From a virus, in the IMG/VR virus record IMGVR_UViG_3300024346_000017, positions 49,109 to 113,108 of that record: a DNA stretch of 64,000 nt. One strand, written 5' to 3'. Positions 9,370-18,687 of this stretch are shown piece after piece. Each line of letters begins with the position of its first letter. Within the stretch, counting starts at the first letter, position 1. Made by a program: the position numbers and the translations under genes. The notes below the pieces were generated by a model that made no database searches, was not told the DNA's origin, and saw only the letters and a list, made by a program, of their open reading frames with translations.

Positions 9370-9378
9370 TGGTATAAT
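9370..9378 (+). promoter_or_regulatory. Extended -10 promoter TGGTATAAT (leaderless)
   Basis: ATG 9385 is 6 nt downstream of the -10. Confidence 0.65.
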
Positions 9379-9384
9379 AAAAAA

Positions 9385-10497
9385 ATGAGCACAACAGGCA
9401 AGGGCTTTAGATACCCAGTATACACAGACACCCCAGACGTACCCAGAGACCTCGGATACCTTGCTGCTGACGTAGATGCCTACCTAGATGCTCATCCAGG
9501 CCCACAAGGGCCTTCAGGAACCCTATCAGTAGGCTCTGTAACTACAGTTAGCGCTTCTACTCCAGCATCTGTTGTTAATGTTGGAACAGCATCAGCAGCT
9601 ATATTAAATCTAACTTTACCAAGAGGTATTGATGGAATTATTGGTGGTCCAGGCCCTTCTAATGTATTAAGCATTGGAACAGTAGAGCAAGGCGGATCTG
9701 CCTCAGCAACAATTACTGGCACATCACCAACACAGACATTAAATTTAGTTTTGCCACAAGGGCCCGCTGGCCCAACTGGACCGCAGGGGCCGCAGGGCCC
9801 AACTACTTTAGCAGTAGGAACTACCACCACTAGTTTGCCTGGAACAAATGCATCAGTAACAAATACTGGAACTTCAACAGCAGCAGTATTTGCATTTACA
9901 ATTCCAAGAGGCGCAACTGGAGCAACTGGAGCAACAGGCCCGCAAGGAATTCCTGGATCAAGCGCAACAATAGATCCAGTACCAACTACAATATCTTTAA
10001 ATATCCCAACTACGGCAGGGTATGGAGTAAATTCAAACTGGTACCCACTTGCAAATAATTTATACTCTATTGGACAACCAATCGATGCTCCATCAGGAGT
10101 AACTTCAAATAGATTTTGGAAAACAATATATTCTAATACTGGAACAATAAATACATCTGATCAAAGATTAAAAACAGATGTTATTAATTCTGCTCTAGGA
10201 CTTGATTTTATAAATAATTTAAATCCAGTAAGCTATAAGTTTATTGAAGGCGGAAAAGAAGTCGTTGATGGAGATTTAGTTTCTATACCTGGATCAAGAA
10301 CGCATTACGGACTTATTGCACAAGAAGTAAAAGAGGTTTTAGATGCATCTGGCGTAGAAGATTTTGCTGGATGGGTTAAGATGGATGTATCACAAGAAGA
10401 TTCTATGCAAGGCCTAAGATACGATCAATTCATTGCACCACTTATTAAAGCAGTACAAGAGCTTACAGCGAGAGTTAAAGCCCTAGAAGAGATTTAA
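9385..10497 (+). CDS. Collagen-like tail fibre with C-terminal peptidase S74 (intramolecular chaperone)
   Basis: Gly-X-Y runs (GPAGPTGPQGPQGP; GATGATGATGPQGIPG) between repeated L.VG.VTT...ASV.N.GT units; TSDQRLKTD...GLIAQEV...LIKAVQEL. Confidence 0.85.
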   Translation: MSTTGKGFRYPVYTDTPDVPRDLGYLAADVDAYLDAHPGPQGPSGTLSVGSVTTVSASTPASVVNVGTASAAILNLTLPRGIDGIIGGPGPSNVLSIGTVEQGGSASATITGTSPTQTLNLVLPQGPAGPTGPQGPQGPTTLAVGTTTTSLPGTNASVTNTGTSTAAVFAFTIPRGATGATGATGPQGIPGSSATIDPVPTTISLNIPTTAGYGVNSNWYPLANNLYSIGQPIDAPSGVTSNRFWKTIYSNTGTINTSDQRLKTDVINSALGLDFINNLNPVSYKFIEGGKEVVDGDLVSIPGSRTHYGLIAQEVKEVLDASGVEDFAGWVKMDVSQEDSMQGLRYDQFIAPLIKAVQELTARVKALEEI

Positions 10498-10500
10498 GAC

Positions 10501-12303
10501 ATGTCATATAAATATACTGTCTTAAAAGATAACCCAGTTGCATTTTTCTTATTGGATGAAGTTCGTTCTGGCGAAGCTGGTGTATACAGTAATTTAACTA
10601 CATTATATCCAACATATCAAGCTTTAAAAGATAACGGTGTTTCATATGCCGCAGTAAGCGGGCTGCCAATAATTGATTACACTGGAAACTCCATGGAGGG
10701 GTATGCAATTAATACTTCAGCCATGGAAGTTCTTCCTATTATTGGGGCGGGGGTAAGAGGAACAGAGATAAATGAAGATGCACAGATAAGCCTAAAAGCC
10801 CTAGGACTTGGTATGAATAGAAATCCAGACGGTCCATTCGCATTTGAAATATGGTTTAGTCCAGCTAAAGATGACAACTCAGAATATCTTATTATGGGAG
10901 ATGCAGAAAATTCAATTGGCCTATTCTATAAAAATGAAAACATTATTTTTAAATGTAGTCCAACACAGATGGTTTGGCATAAGATTACAAAAAATAAAGC
11001 CATGCATGTTGTAGGTATGTTTTCTAAAGATACAATTTCACTTTATGTTGATGGCAAAATTGTTTCTGAAAGTCCAGTTGCCGATAGCTTTAAATTTAAT
11101 AATACAAGCTTAAACCTATCCTTGGGACCAGCCAACGCAGGCAAAAAATTTATTGTTGATTCAGCAGCAATTTATGCCTATGAGCTAGAAGAAGCAAAAA
11201 TATTAAATCATTATCTGTCTGGATACAAAGAGACAAAGTACTCACAAATTGTTTATTCAAATAATGGAATTCTTTTTTCATTAAACTCGGCCTCAGTAAG
11301 ACCAGACATTTCATATAGGTATCCTGGAATAAAAGCACTAGAAGAGCTTGCCTCTGGAGATGCCTATTATAATTCAGAGTATAGCAGAATTGAGTTTGAA
11401 GAAACAGATGCCGTGGAAACAAAAACATTTTCTTTTCAAGAAAGATTGTATGTATCAAATCCAGAAGATATTGTTTCTTCTAGAATTTGCTATGGGCAGG
11501 ATGTAGACAATATTGTGGTTGAAATACAAATCCCAAATCAGCCATGGGTAGTTTGCAAAAATAATTCTCCAATGCCATACTACAACAAAAACCAGAACTC
11601 AGGAAGCCCAATATTAGATATAAGGGTAACAATGACGACACAGGATTCATCCTTCGACCTACCTTACTTTGATAAGCTAGAAATTGATATGTATTCAAAT
11701 AAAGATTTTTATGCAGATAATTCTGGATCAAAAATATACTCAGCATACGACTATGAAGTAGGACAATATAATTACCCAGTAAGAATGCAAAATAAATACA
11801 ACGGACTTTCAATGTATTCTGGCCATGGGTTTTCTGTAGATCTTTCTATTCAGCCAAGAACAATAGAGATGTTTTTTACTCCAAGGGGTGGACAAAATGT
11901 ATTATTTTCTTCAGCATCCTCATCAATTAAATGGGCGGCAAACGGAGTAATAACAAAAGCTGGCATTTCTGCTATATACGTAAATGGTATAAATAGGACA
12001 TCAGAGACTAATGTATCCACATTCTTGCTAAATGATGTTGCCCACCATATTGTAATTGTATTAAGTCAGTCAGCCCTAAATATTAAGTTTAATCAAAATC
12101 AATTAGATACGGAGTATGGAACTTCAAATCTATACAATAATATAGCTTTTTATGAGAAGGCATTTACCTCCGCAGAAGCAATAAATAACTACAGGCTCTA
12201 CTGCTCAGATAACTCAAAGGTTGTTACTGACCCAGGAGTGACTATATCTGAAAGTGCCCAAGGTCAGGACGGAACCTCATACTTCATAAGGTTATTTGAC
12301 TAG
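10501..12303 (+). CDS. LamG/concanavalin-A-like domain virion protein
   Basis: VLKDNPVAFF.LDE, FAFEIWF, HVVG....ISLYVDG, AIY.YEL..I.NHY. Confidence 0.7.
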   Translation: MSYKYTVLKDNPVAFFLLDEVRSGEAGVYSNLTTLYPTYQALKDNGVSYAAVSGLPIIDYTGNSMEGYAINTSAMEVLPIIGAGVRGTEINEDAQISLKALGLGMNRNPDGPFAFEIWFSPAKDDNSEYLIMGDAENSIGLFYKNENIIFKCSPTQMVWHKITKNKAMHVVGMFSKDTISLYVDGKIVSESPVADSFKFNNTSLNLSLGPANAGKKFIVDSAAIYAYELEEAKILNHYLSGYKETKYSQIVYSNNGILFSLNSASVRPDISYRYPGIKALEELASGDAYYNSEYSRIEFEETDAVETKTFSFQERLYVSNPEDIVSSRICYGQDVDNIVVEIQIPNQPWVVCKNNSPMPYYNKNQNSGSPILDIRVTMTTQDSSFDLPYFDKLEIDMYSNKDFYADNSGSKIYSAYDYEVGQYNYPVRMQNKYNGLSMYSGHGFSVDLSIQPRTIEMFFTPRGGQNVLFSSASSSIKWAANGVITKAGISAIYVNGINRTSETNVSTFLLNDVAHHIVIVLSQSALNIKFNQNQLDTEYGTSNLYNNIAFYEKAFTSAEAINNYRLYCSDNSKVVTDPGVTISESAQGQDGTSYFIRLFD

Positions 12304-12350
12304 TAGGTTGCACAATTTTTAAAAAAAGTGCATTGTCGTGGTATCAAGGC

Positions 12351-12379
12351 TGGACTTTTGCTAAGAATAATGATAAACT
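12351..12379 (+). promoter_or_regulatory. sigma70-type promoter
   Basis: TGGACT-17-TAAACT with TG extension; ATG 12389 is 9 nt downstream; no SD. Confidence 0.55.
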
Positions 12380-12388
12380 GTTTTACAT

Positions 12389-12727
12389 ATGGAAATATTA
12401 AACCAAAAAAGCGAAGTTGTTGAAGAAACACGCCTAGGCATATACGTATGGGAAATGCCAGATGGGCGATGGATCGGAGACGATGATGGCAATTTTCTTT
12501 CAATAACATCTGTAAAAGGAAATAGATCTAGAATGAACGTTCTAGCTGATGCCGTAAGACACTATGGAATATATGAAGGAAAACCAAAGTTTCTGTCTGG
12601 AAGAAGAAAGATTGATGACGAAGAGTTTGAGTATCAAAACCAAAGACTTAAATGGGGACTTACACCAGACCCTCTTGATATCGGAGAATATAAAGACCAG
12701 GTTTTACGAGGGGGATCAGTAACATGA
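12389..12727 (+). CDS. Hypothetical protein upstream of portal
   Basis: Coupled to portal (ATGA); GIYVWEMPDG, GLTPDPLD motifs. Confidence 0.7.
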   Translation: MEILNQKSEVVEETRLGIYVWEMPDGRWIGDDDGNFLSITSVKGNRSRMNVLADAVRHYGIYEGKPKFLSGRRKIDDEEFEYQNQRLKWGLTPDPLDIGEYKDQVLRGGSVT

Positions 12728-14307
12728 CACAATTTTTAGAAGACGGAACAGAAGATACATACGAGGTATCTGTTAAAAATAGCTCAGATCTATTTTCATT
12801 TAAAAAAGAAAAAGAGCACACAGACCCATTTGGTATTGGTATAGATGACCTTAAAAAAGTAAGAGGTCTAGGAACAAACTTTAAAAGAAAAGTAAACAGA
12901 GACTTTGCAAAATCATTTACTGGTAAAGATGGTTCTGGAACACAACAGAATCTATTGCAATCTGCGGTTACTGGATATGCAATGTTTGACCTTGTTCAGC
13001 CAGTATATAACCTAGAATACCTATCTCAAATCTATGAGGTTTCAACTTACAACTACGCTGCTATCAATGCAAAAGTTGCAAACATTGTCGGTCTTGGATA
13101 TTCCTTTATGGAAACAAGAAAGACAAACGATGCCCTTGATGCAATATCAGATGATAAGCAATTAGACAGAGCACGTAGAAAGCTAAATAAATTAAAGCAG
13201 GATTTACAAGACTGGCTAGATGCAACGAACGATGAAGATACTTTTACAGAGACTCTTATAAAGGTATATACAGACTTAGAGGCAACAGGCAACGGATATA
13301 TTGAAATTGGAAGAACTACAGGCGGAGACATTGGGTATATAGGACACATCCCAGCTAAGACAATGCGTGTTAGAAGACTAAGAGATGGCTTTATGCAATT
13401 GCTTTACGGCAAGGCTGTTTTCTTTAGAAACTTTGGAGATTCAGAAACCGTAAACCCAATTGGAGAATCAGAAGATAGACCAAATGAGATTATTCATTTG
13501 AAGAAGTATACTCCAATGAATAACTATTACGGTATCCCAGATATTGTTGCAGCTCAAATGTCATTGGCTGGAAACGAATTTGCTGGAAGATATAACCTAG
13601 ATTACTTTGAAAACAAGGCGGTCCCAAGATATATTATTACAGTAAAGGGAGCAAAGCTTTCACCAGAGTCAGAAAGAAAATTGCTTGAATTTTTCCAGGT
13701 TGGATTAAAAGGCAAAAACCACAGATCCCTTTATATACCTTTGCCAGCAGACACACAGGATAATAAAGTTGAATTTAAAATGGAGCCAGTCGAGGCTGGA
13801 GCACAAGAGTCATCATTTAATATTTACAGACAGTCAAATAGAGACGAAATATTGCTTGCCCACAGAGTCCCAATTAATAAAATTGGTGTTCCAGAGGGAG
13901 TATCTTTGGCAAATGCCAGAGACGCAGACAAAACATTTAAAGAGCAGGTTTGTCGTCCAGCACAAATGAGATTAGAGAAAAGAATTAATTCAATTATTGA
14001 AGAAAAGACTGACGCTCTAAAAATTAAATTTGAAGAGCTTACTCTTACAGATGAAGATACTCAATCTCAAATAGATGAAAGATATCTTAGAATGCAGGTA
14101 ATTACCCCTAATGAAGTTAGAATTAGAAAGGGATTAATTCCAGTAGATGGCGGAGACGAAATGGTTGAATTAAAACCTCAGCAAGCCGCTGACCAAAAGG
14201 CTACAGCTGGAAAAACTAGAGCCAGGGATTCTGAAAGATCTGCTGCGTCATCGGATAAAGTCGGAGAAGGCAGAAATGCTAAAGGCGACGGAAGCCGAGT
14301 CGACTAA
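12724..14307 (+). CDS. Portal protein
   Basis: TGNGYIEI.R, EIIHLK...YYGIP, YFEN.AVP, HRVP, ITPNEVR portal motifs; position. Confidence 0.92.
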   Translation: MTQFLEDGTEDTYEVSVKNSSDLFSFKKEKEHTDPFGIGIDDLKKVRGLGTNFKRKVNRDFAKSFTGKDGSGTQQNLLQSAVTGYAMFDLVQPVYNLEYLSQIYEVSTYNYAAINAKVANIVGLGYSFMETRKTNDALDAISDDKQLDRARRKLNKLKQDLQDWLDATNDEDTFTETLIKVYTDLEATGNGYIEIGRTTGGDIGYIGHIPAKTMRVRRLRDGFMQLLYGKAVFFRNFGDSETVNPIGESEDRPNEIIHLKKYTPMNNYYGIPDIVAAQMSLAGNEFAGRYNLDYFENKAVPRYIITVKGAKLSPESERKLLEFFQVGLKGKNHRSLYIPLPADTQDNKVEFKMEPVEAGAQESSFNIYRQSNRDEILLAHRVPINKIGVPEGVSLANARDADKTFKEQVCRPAQMRLEKRINSIIEEKTDALKIKFEELTLTDEDTQSQIDERYLRMQVITPNEVRIRKGLIPVDGGDEMVELKPQQAADQKATAGKTRARDSERSAASSDKVGEGRNAKGDGSRVD

Positions 14308-14324
14308 ATCTAATCAACTACGAT

Positions 14325-14353
14325 TTGCCTTTTTATATGTATAAGTATAAAAT
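14325..14353 (+). promoter_or_regulatory. sigma70-type promoter (leaderless)
   Basis: TTGCCT-17-TAAAAT; ATG 14361 is 7 nt downstream. Confidence 0.7.
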
Positions 14354-14360
14354 TAAGCAT

Positions 14361-15704
14361 ATGAACATAGAAAAAAGCCAGTGGTCCTCTGACGGCCAAA
14401 ACCTTCATTTATCTGTTCCATTTACAAAAGTAAACAGAGAGAATAGAACCGTGTCTGGATTTGCTACATTAGATAATGTGGATCAAACAGGAGACGTTGT
14501 TACTGCTGAAGCAAGCCTAAAAGCATTCGAAGCTTTTAGAGGAAACTTAAGAGAGATGCATCAGCCAATGGCAGTAGGTAAGGTTGTATCATTTAAGCCA
14601 GAGACATACTATGATCAGAAGTCAAAAGAATTTTACAATGGAGTTTATGTTACTTCATATATTTCAAAGGGCGCACAAGATACTTGGGAGAAAGTTCTTG
14701 ACGGAACACTTTCAGGTTTTTCAATCGGCGGAAAGATTAAAGAGTCAGACAACGAAATGAATAAGTCAACAGGAGAGACTGTAAGATTTATTAAGGATTA
14801 TGACCTAGTAGAACTTTCAATTGTAGATTCACCAGCTAACGAAATGTGTAATATAATTTCAATTGAAAAAGCAAATGGTCAGCTTATTTTTAAAGGAATG
14901 GCAACAGAAGTTGTCACAGAAAATATTTTTTATTGTGAAGATAGCGATTCTGTTTTTATCTCAACAGACAAGACATACTCTTCTCCAGTCACTGGAAAAG
15001 AAGCTACGCTAATTGGTTGGGTTGAAAGCTCAGACCACAACAAATCAAAAGAGATAGATAAAGTTCTTGCTTCATTTAAGAAGTCAAGAGTTACGTTGCC
15101 TGCAACACAAACAATAGCAAAACAGGCAAACGCACAAGGAGGTAATGAAGTGGAAAAACTAAACGCACAGGCTGCAGAATCAGTTGTAACTGAAGAAGTA
15201 GTTGTAGTTGAAGAGACCATGGCAGAGACTAATGTCGATGCCGTCGAAGAAGCACCAGCTGCTGTTGATACAGTAGAAGATGCAGACTCTGCTTCTGTAG
15301 ATGTCTTTAAGTCAGCTGATGCTAACGCACCAGTTGCAGTTGAAGTCGAAGAGCCTGATTTTGCAAAAATGTTAGTAGACCTAAAGGGATTCTTTGCAGA
15401 TACTCTTAGCAAGGCTACAGAGGCAAATGCAGTACAGGTTTCAGAAATTAAAGAAACTGTAGAAACTTTTAGCAAGGGCTTAAATGCTCAAATCACAGAA
15501 TTAGCAGAAAAGCACAGCGCACTTAGTGCAGCTGTAACAGAAATAAAGGGCACCATTGATGGTGTTCAAAAGCGTGTAGATGCCGTAGAAGGCGATACAG
15601 CAATTAAGAAGTCCTCAGACCTTGGCGGGTCTGCGGTACAAGCAGTAAACAAATCAAAATGGAACGGTTCTTTCCTCGGTTCCGTAAACGAAATATTTAA
15701 CTAG
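14361..15704 (+). CDS. Prohead protease (HK97-type) fused to acidic coiled-coil scaffold
   Basis: VSGFAT...D..GD, REMH, GFSIGG, ELSIVD.PAN; acidic/Ala-rich C-terminal half. Start revised to 14361. Confidence 0.88.
   Translation: MNIEKSQWSSDGQNLHLSVPFTKVNRENRTVSGFATLDNVDQTGDVVTAEASLKAFEAFRGNLREMHQPMAVGKVVSFKPETYYDQKSKEFYNGVYVTSYISKGAQDTWEKVLDGTLSGFSIGGKIKESDNEMNKSTGETVRFIKDYDLVELSIVDSPANEMCNIISIEKANGQLIFKGMATEVVTENIFYCEDSDSVFISTDKTYSSPVTGKEATLIGWVESSDHNKSKEIDKVLASFKKSRVTLPATQTIAKQANAQGGNEVEKLNAQAAESVVTEEVVVVEETMAETNVDAVEEAPAAVDTVEDADSASVDVFKSADANAPVAVEVEEPDFAKMLVDLKGFFADTLSKATEANAVQVSEIKETVETFSKGLNAQITELAEKHSALSAAVTEIKGTIDGVQKRVDAVEGDTAIKKSSDLGGSAVQAVNKSKWNGSFLGSVNEIFN
15150..15704 (+). CDS. 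Probable nested in-frame scaffold protein
   Basis: AAGGAGGT (15136-15143), 6 nt, then in-frame GTG at 15150. Confidence 0.6.
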   Translation: MEKLNAQAAESVVTEEVVVVEETMAETNVDAVEEAPAAVDTVEDADSASVDVFKSADANAPVAVEVEEPDFAKMLVDLKGFFADTLSKATEANAVQVSEIKETVETFSKGLNAQITELAEKHSALSAAVTEIKGTIDGVQKRVDAVEGDTAIKKSSDLGGSAVQAVNKSKWNGSFLGSVNEIFN

Positions 15705-15718
15705 GGTAGGTGAATTAT

Positions 15719-16765
15719 ATGAGCAATGAATTATTAGAAAAAGCAGCAGCAGCTGGTACAACAGTATCAACTGGCTTCGACTCAAACACTGGAATGTCAG
15801 GAGTACACCGTCAATCAGAAGATGGTAACGGTGGACTTTTAAATCCAGAACAATCAGCTCGCTTCCTAGACTATATGTTCGACGCAACCGTAATTGGTAA
15901 GGTCGCACGTACTGTCAGAATGAAGTCAGACACAACAGAGATTGATCGTATGTCAGTAGGAGAAAAGCTTGTTAAGCTTGCATCCGAAGGAGAAAACACA
16001 GGAGTTAACTCAGGTGTAACTTTCTCAAAGATCTCTCTCACAACAAAGAAGCTACGCCTTGACTGGGAACTCTCAACAGAGTCACTAGAAGACAACATCG
16101 AGGGTGCAGATCTAGAAGATCATATTGCACGTTTGATGGCAACACAGGCTGGAAACGACATTGAAGATCTTCTTCTTAACGGTAACGCCGCAGGAACAGA
16201 TCCACTATACAAGGCCTTTGATGGTGTTGTAAAGAAGGCTAAGACAAGTGCTCACGTAGTAGATGCTGCAGGTGCAGCAATTTCTCGTGAAGTATTTAAC
16301 AAGGCACTTAAGGCACTCCCACGTAAGTACAAGCAACGTCGTACAGACCTACGCTTCCTTGCGGGATCAAACTTGATCCAGGATTACCTATACGCAACAT
16401 CACAAAACATTCAGAACGTTAACCCACAGGATATTGCTTCAGGCATCATCCGCGGTGAGGTTGCACCAGTTTCAGGTCCAGCAGGATATGTAGCTCCATA
16501 CGCATTTGGTATTCCAATCGTTGAAGTTCCATTGCTTCCAGAGACACAAGCAGGAGATTATGCATCACCAACAGGTTCACACGGAGATGTCCACTTGACA
16601 TTCCCTAACAACGTTGTTGTTGGCGTAAAGCGTGACGTAACAGTCTACCGCTTCTTCTGGCCACGTAAGGACTCAATCGAGTACACAATGTATACTCGTG
16701 TTGGTGTTCAAATCGAGCAGGCAGACGCTTGGGTAGTCGTAAAGAACGTTAAGGTTGCTTCCTAA
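15719..16765 (+). CDS. Major capsid protein (HK97 fold)
   Basis: GGLLNPEQ..RF, ESLEDNIEG, LLLNG; position; strong codon bias; SD AGGTGA. Confidence 0.92.
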   Translation: MSNELLEKAAAAGTTVSTGFDSNTGMSGVHRQSEDGNGGLLNPEQSARFLDYMFDATVIGKVARTVRMKSDTTEIDRMSVGEKLVKLASEGENTGVNSGVTFSKISLTTKKLRLDWELSTESLEDNIEGADLEDHIARLMATQAGNDIEDLLLNGNAAGTDPLYKAFDGVVKKAKTSAHVVDAAGAAISREVFNKALKALPRKYKQRRTDLRFLAGSNLIQDYLYATSQNIQNVNPQDIASGIIRGEVAPVSGPAGYVAPYAFGIPIVEVPLLPETQAGDYASPTGSHGDVHLTFPNNVVVGVKRDVTVYRFFWPRKDSIEYTMYTRVGVQIEQADAWVVVKNVKVAS

Positions 16766-16782
16766 TTAGGAATTAATCTCAA

Positions 16783-16819
16783 GAAAGGCCCCCAATTAAT
16801 TTTGGGGGCTTTTCATTTT
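16783..16819 (+). terminator. Intrinsic terminator after capsid gene
   Basis: gaaaggcccccaa-ttaatt-ttgggggcttttc followed by atttt. Confidence 0.85.
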
Positions 16820-16829
16820 AATTATACAA

Positions 16830-16838
16830 TGCTATAAT
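16830..16838 (+). promoter_or_regulatory. Extended -10 TGCTATAAT
   Basis: Directly after terminator, upstream of SD AGGAG. Confidence 0.65.
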
Positions 16839-16865
16839 GGTTTTACCTAGAAAAAGGAGTATTAA

Positions 16866-17261
16866 ATGTCTTTTGACAAATTAAAAGTCGGAGAGCTAAA
16901 AGCAATTGCAGAAGAGTTTGCGGTTGACACAGAAGGACTTAAGAATAAGCAAGATGTAATCGCAGCACTATCAGAAGAGGGAGTGACTTACGAAGTATAC
17001 GAAAAGACACTCAAGGATGTAGAAGATGCAAAAGAAGAGATTGAAATCCTTCCAGTATTTGATCCAAAGTCAGAACGCACAGAGGATACAGTACTAGTTA
17101 TGATGACAAGAGCAAATGTTAGATACGATATTTTGGGACACACTTTTACAAGCACCCATCCATTCGTAGCAATGCATAAAGATGCCGCTCAGCAAATTTT
17201 TGATATAGAGGAGGGTTTTCGTTTAGCGACACCAAAAGAAGTACAGGATTATTACAGCTAA
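16866..17261 (+). CDS. Head-associated protein with N-terminal Rho_N/HeH-like domain
   Basis: LKVGELKAIAEEF......KNKQDVIAAL pattern. Confidence 0.6.
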   Translation: MSFDKLKVGELKAIAEEFAVDTEGLKNKQDVIAALSEEGVTYEVYEKTLKDVEDAKEEIEILPVFDPKSERTEDTVLVMMTRANVRYDILGHTFTSTHPFVAMHKDAAQQIFDIEEGFRLATPKEVQDYYS

Positions 17262-17276
17262 GCTTAAACGTAACAA

Positions 17277-18257
17277 ATGGAAATTATAGTAGGAACGAAC
17301 TCACCAGTAAAACAAAGAGTCTTTTGGAAAGGTGGAATTGCCAAAGCAGATGCACTGCCAACGGTTAAATTCTACGACATAACTGAAGACCCAGCAGTTG
17401 CTCCATCTATAAATCCAGTAACTGTTTTACACACTCAGACTGCAGAAGAGATAGACACAGACTATGGCGTATACAGTGTGTATCCGCCTTTGTCTCTTAC
17501 AGGCAGACCTAGATCATTAAAGCTGGTCTGGGAATATCGGGTTGAAGGACAGTTAGTAACAAAAGAACACAAGATTTTTGTTGTTACTCCATATGCAGAT
17601 TTAACACAGGCAGCGGACGCTCTTGGATTTGGGTTTGACCAATCTGATCCAAACTACAGAACATTTTCAGATTTAGTTGCAGCAGAAAGATATGCTAGAA
17701 AACTAATTGAAAACTACACTGGACAGCAGTTCCATTTGTATGATGACATAAACGTTGTTTATTCAACTGGTGCAGATGTACTTCCTCTGCCACAAAAGAT
17801 TAACCAGCTACACGAGCTTTATTTAAATGACCAGCTTCTAGTTGATACTATTAATAATATAAACAATTTAAGTATGCCAGTATCAATATCTGAAAGCGGA
17901 TTTGGATTAAAAGTTGATAGATCTAATGCTCTGGACAATGTAGTATATTACGCAAACGGAATGATACCTCCAAGCATTAATGACAGTGCAAGAGGAATCT
18001 TTATCAATGGCGGAACCTATAGAGTCGCTGGTAGATATGGTTGGCAGAATGTCCCAGACGAAGTAGAGCTTGCATGTATTGAATTAATGAAAGACTTTTT
18101 CTCTAAAGATAAAGAATGGCGCAATAAATACATTAAGAGCATCCAGACATTTGACTGGCAGTTCCAATATGATACATCAGCATTTAGCGGTACAGGCAAT
18201 AACTATGCCGACCAGCTACTATTGCCATACGTCACAAATAAAATGGTAGTTATTTAA
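17277..18257 (+). CDS. Head-tail adaptor
   Basis: LIENYTGQ.F, YGW..VP.EV..A..EL, ADQLL.PY; position. Confidence 0.75.
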   Translation: MEIIVGTNSPVKQRVFWKGGIAKADALPTVKFYDITEDPAVAPSINPVTVLHTQTAEEIDTDYGVYSVYPPLSLTGRPRSLKLVWEYRVEGQLVTKEHKIFVVTPYADLTQAADALGFGFDQSDPNYRTFSDLVAAERYARKLIENYTGQQFHLYDDINVVYSTGADVLPLPQKINQLHELYLNDQLLVDTINNINNLSMPVSISESGFGLKVDRSNALDNVVYYANGMIPPSINDSARGIFINGGTYRVAGRYGWQNVPDEVELACIELMKDFFSKDKEWRNKYIKSIQTFDWQFQYDTSAFSGTGNNYADQLLLPYVTNKMVVI

Positions 18258-18258
18258 T

Positions 18259-18687
18259 ATGAATAACCTAGTCGATTCTATTTTCAACATGAAAGTAGAT
18301 GTATATCTGCAAGAAGATTATCAGGACCAGAATACTGGTGCTATTAAAAAGTCTTGGGTATATGCAAAGACTGTTCCGTGTTTTGCAAAAGGAATGATAT
18401 CTAATTCATCCACTGCAAGAAGCGGAGATAACAGGGCCATATCAACTAAATATGAGAATACTCAAACTATAGAAATTAGAACTCAAACACCAATTACATA
18501 TAGGCAAAAAATAACTAATATTAGAGATTCATCAAACAACGTTATATGGTTTGAATTAAATTATCCAAACGATACACCAACAGTATTTGAGATAGTAAGC
18601 TCAACTCCAATCACAGATCCTTTTGGAACACTCATGGCATACAACTCAATTGCCAAGAGGTCGGAGAACCAGATAATTGGAGACTAG
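18259..18687 (+). CDS. Head closure/stopper protein
   Basis: Size, position, TGAI.KSW beta-rich pattern. Confidence 0.65.
   Translation: MNNLVDSIFNMKVDVYLQEDYQDQNTGAIKKSWVYAKTVPCFAKGMISNSSTARSGDNRAISTKYENTQTIEIRTQTPITYRQKITNIRDSSNNVIWFELNYPNDTPTVFEIVSSTPITDPFGTLMAYNSIAKRSENQIIGD

Noticed and set aside
12304-12335. TGCAC...GTGCA inverted repeat after the LamG gene
   Set aside because: Stem too short and AT-rich to call a terminator.
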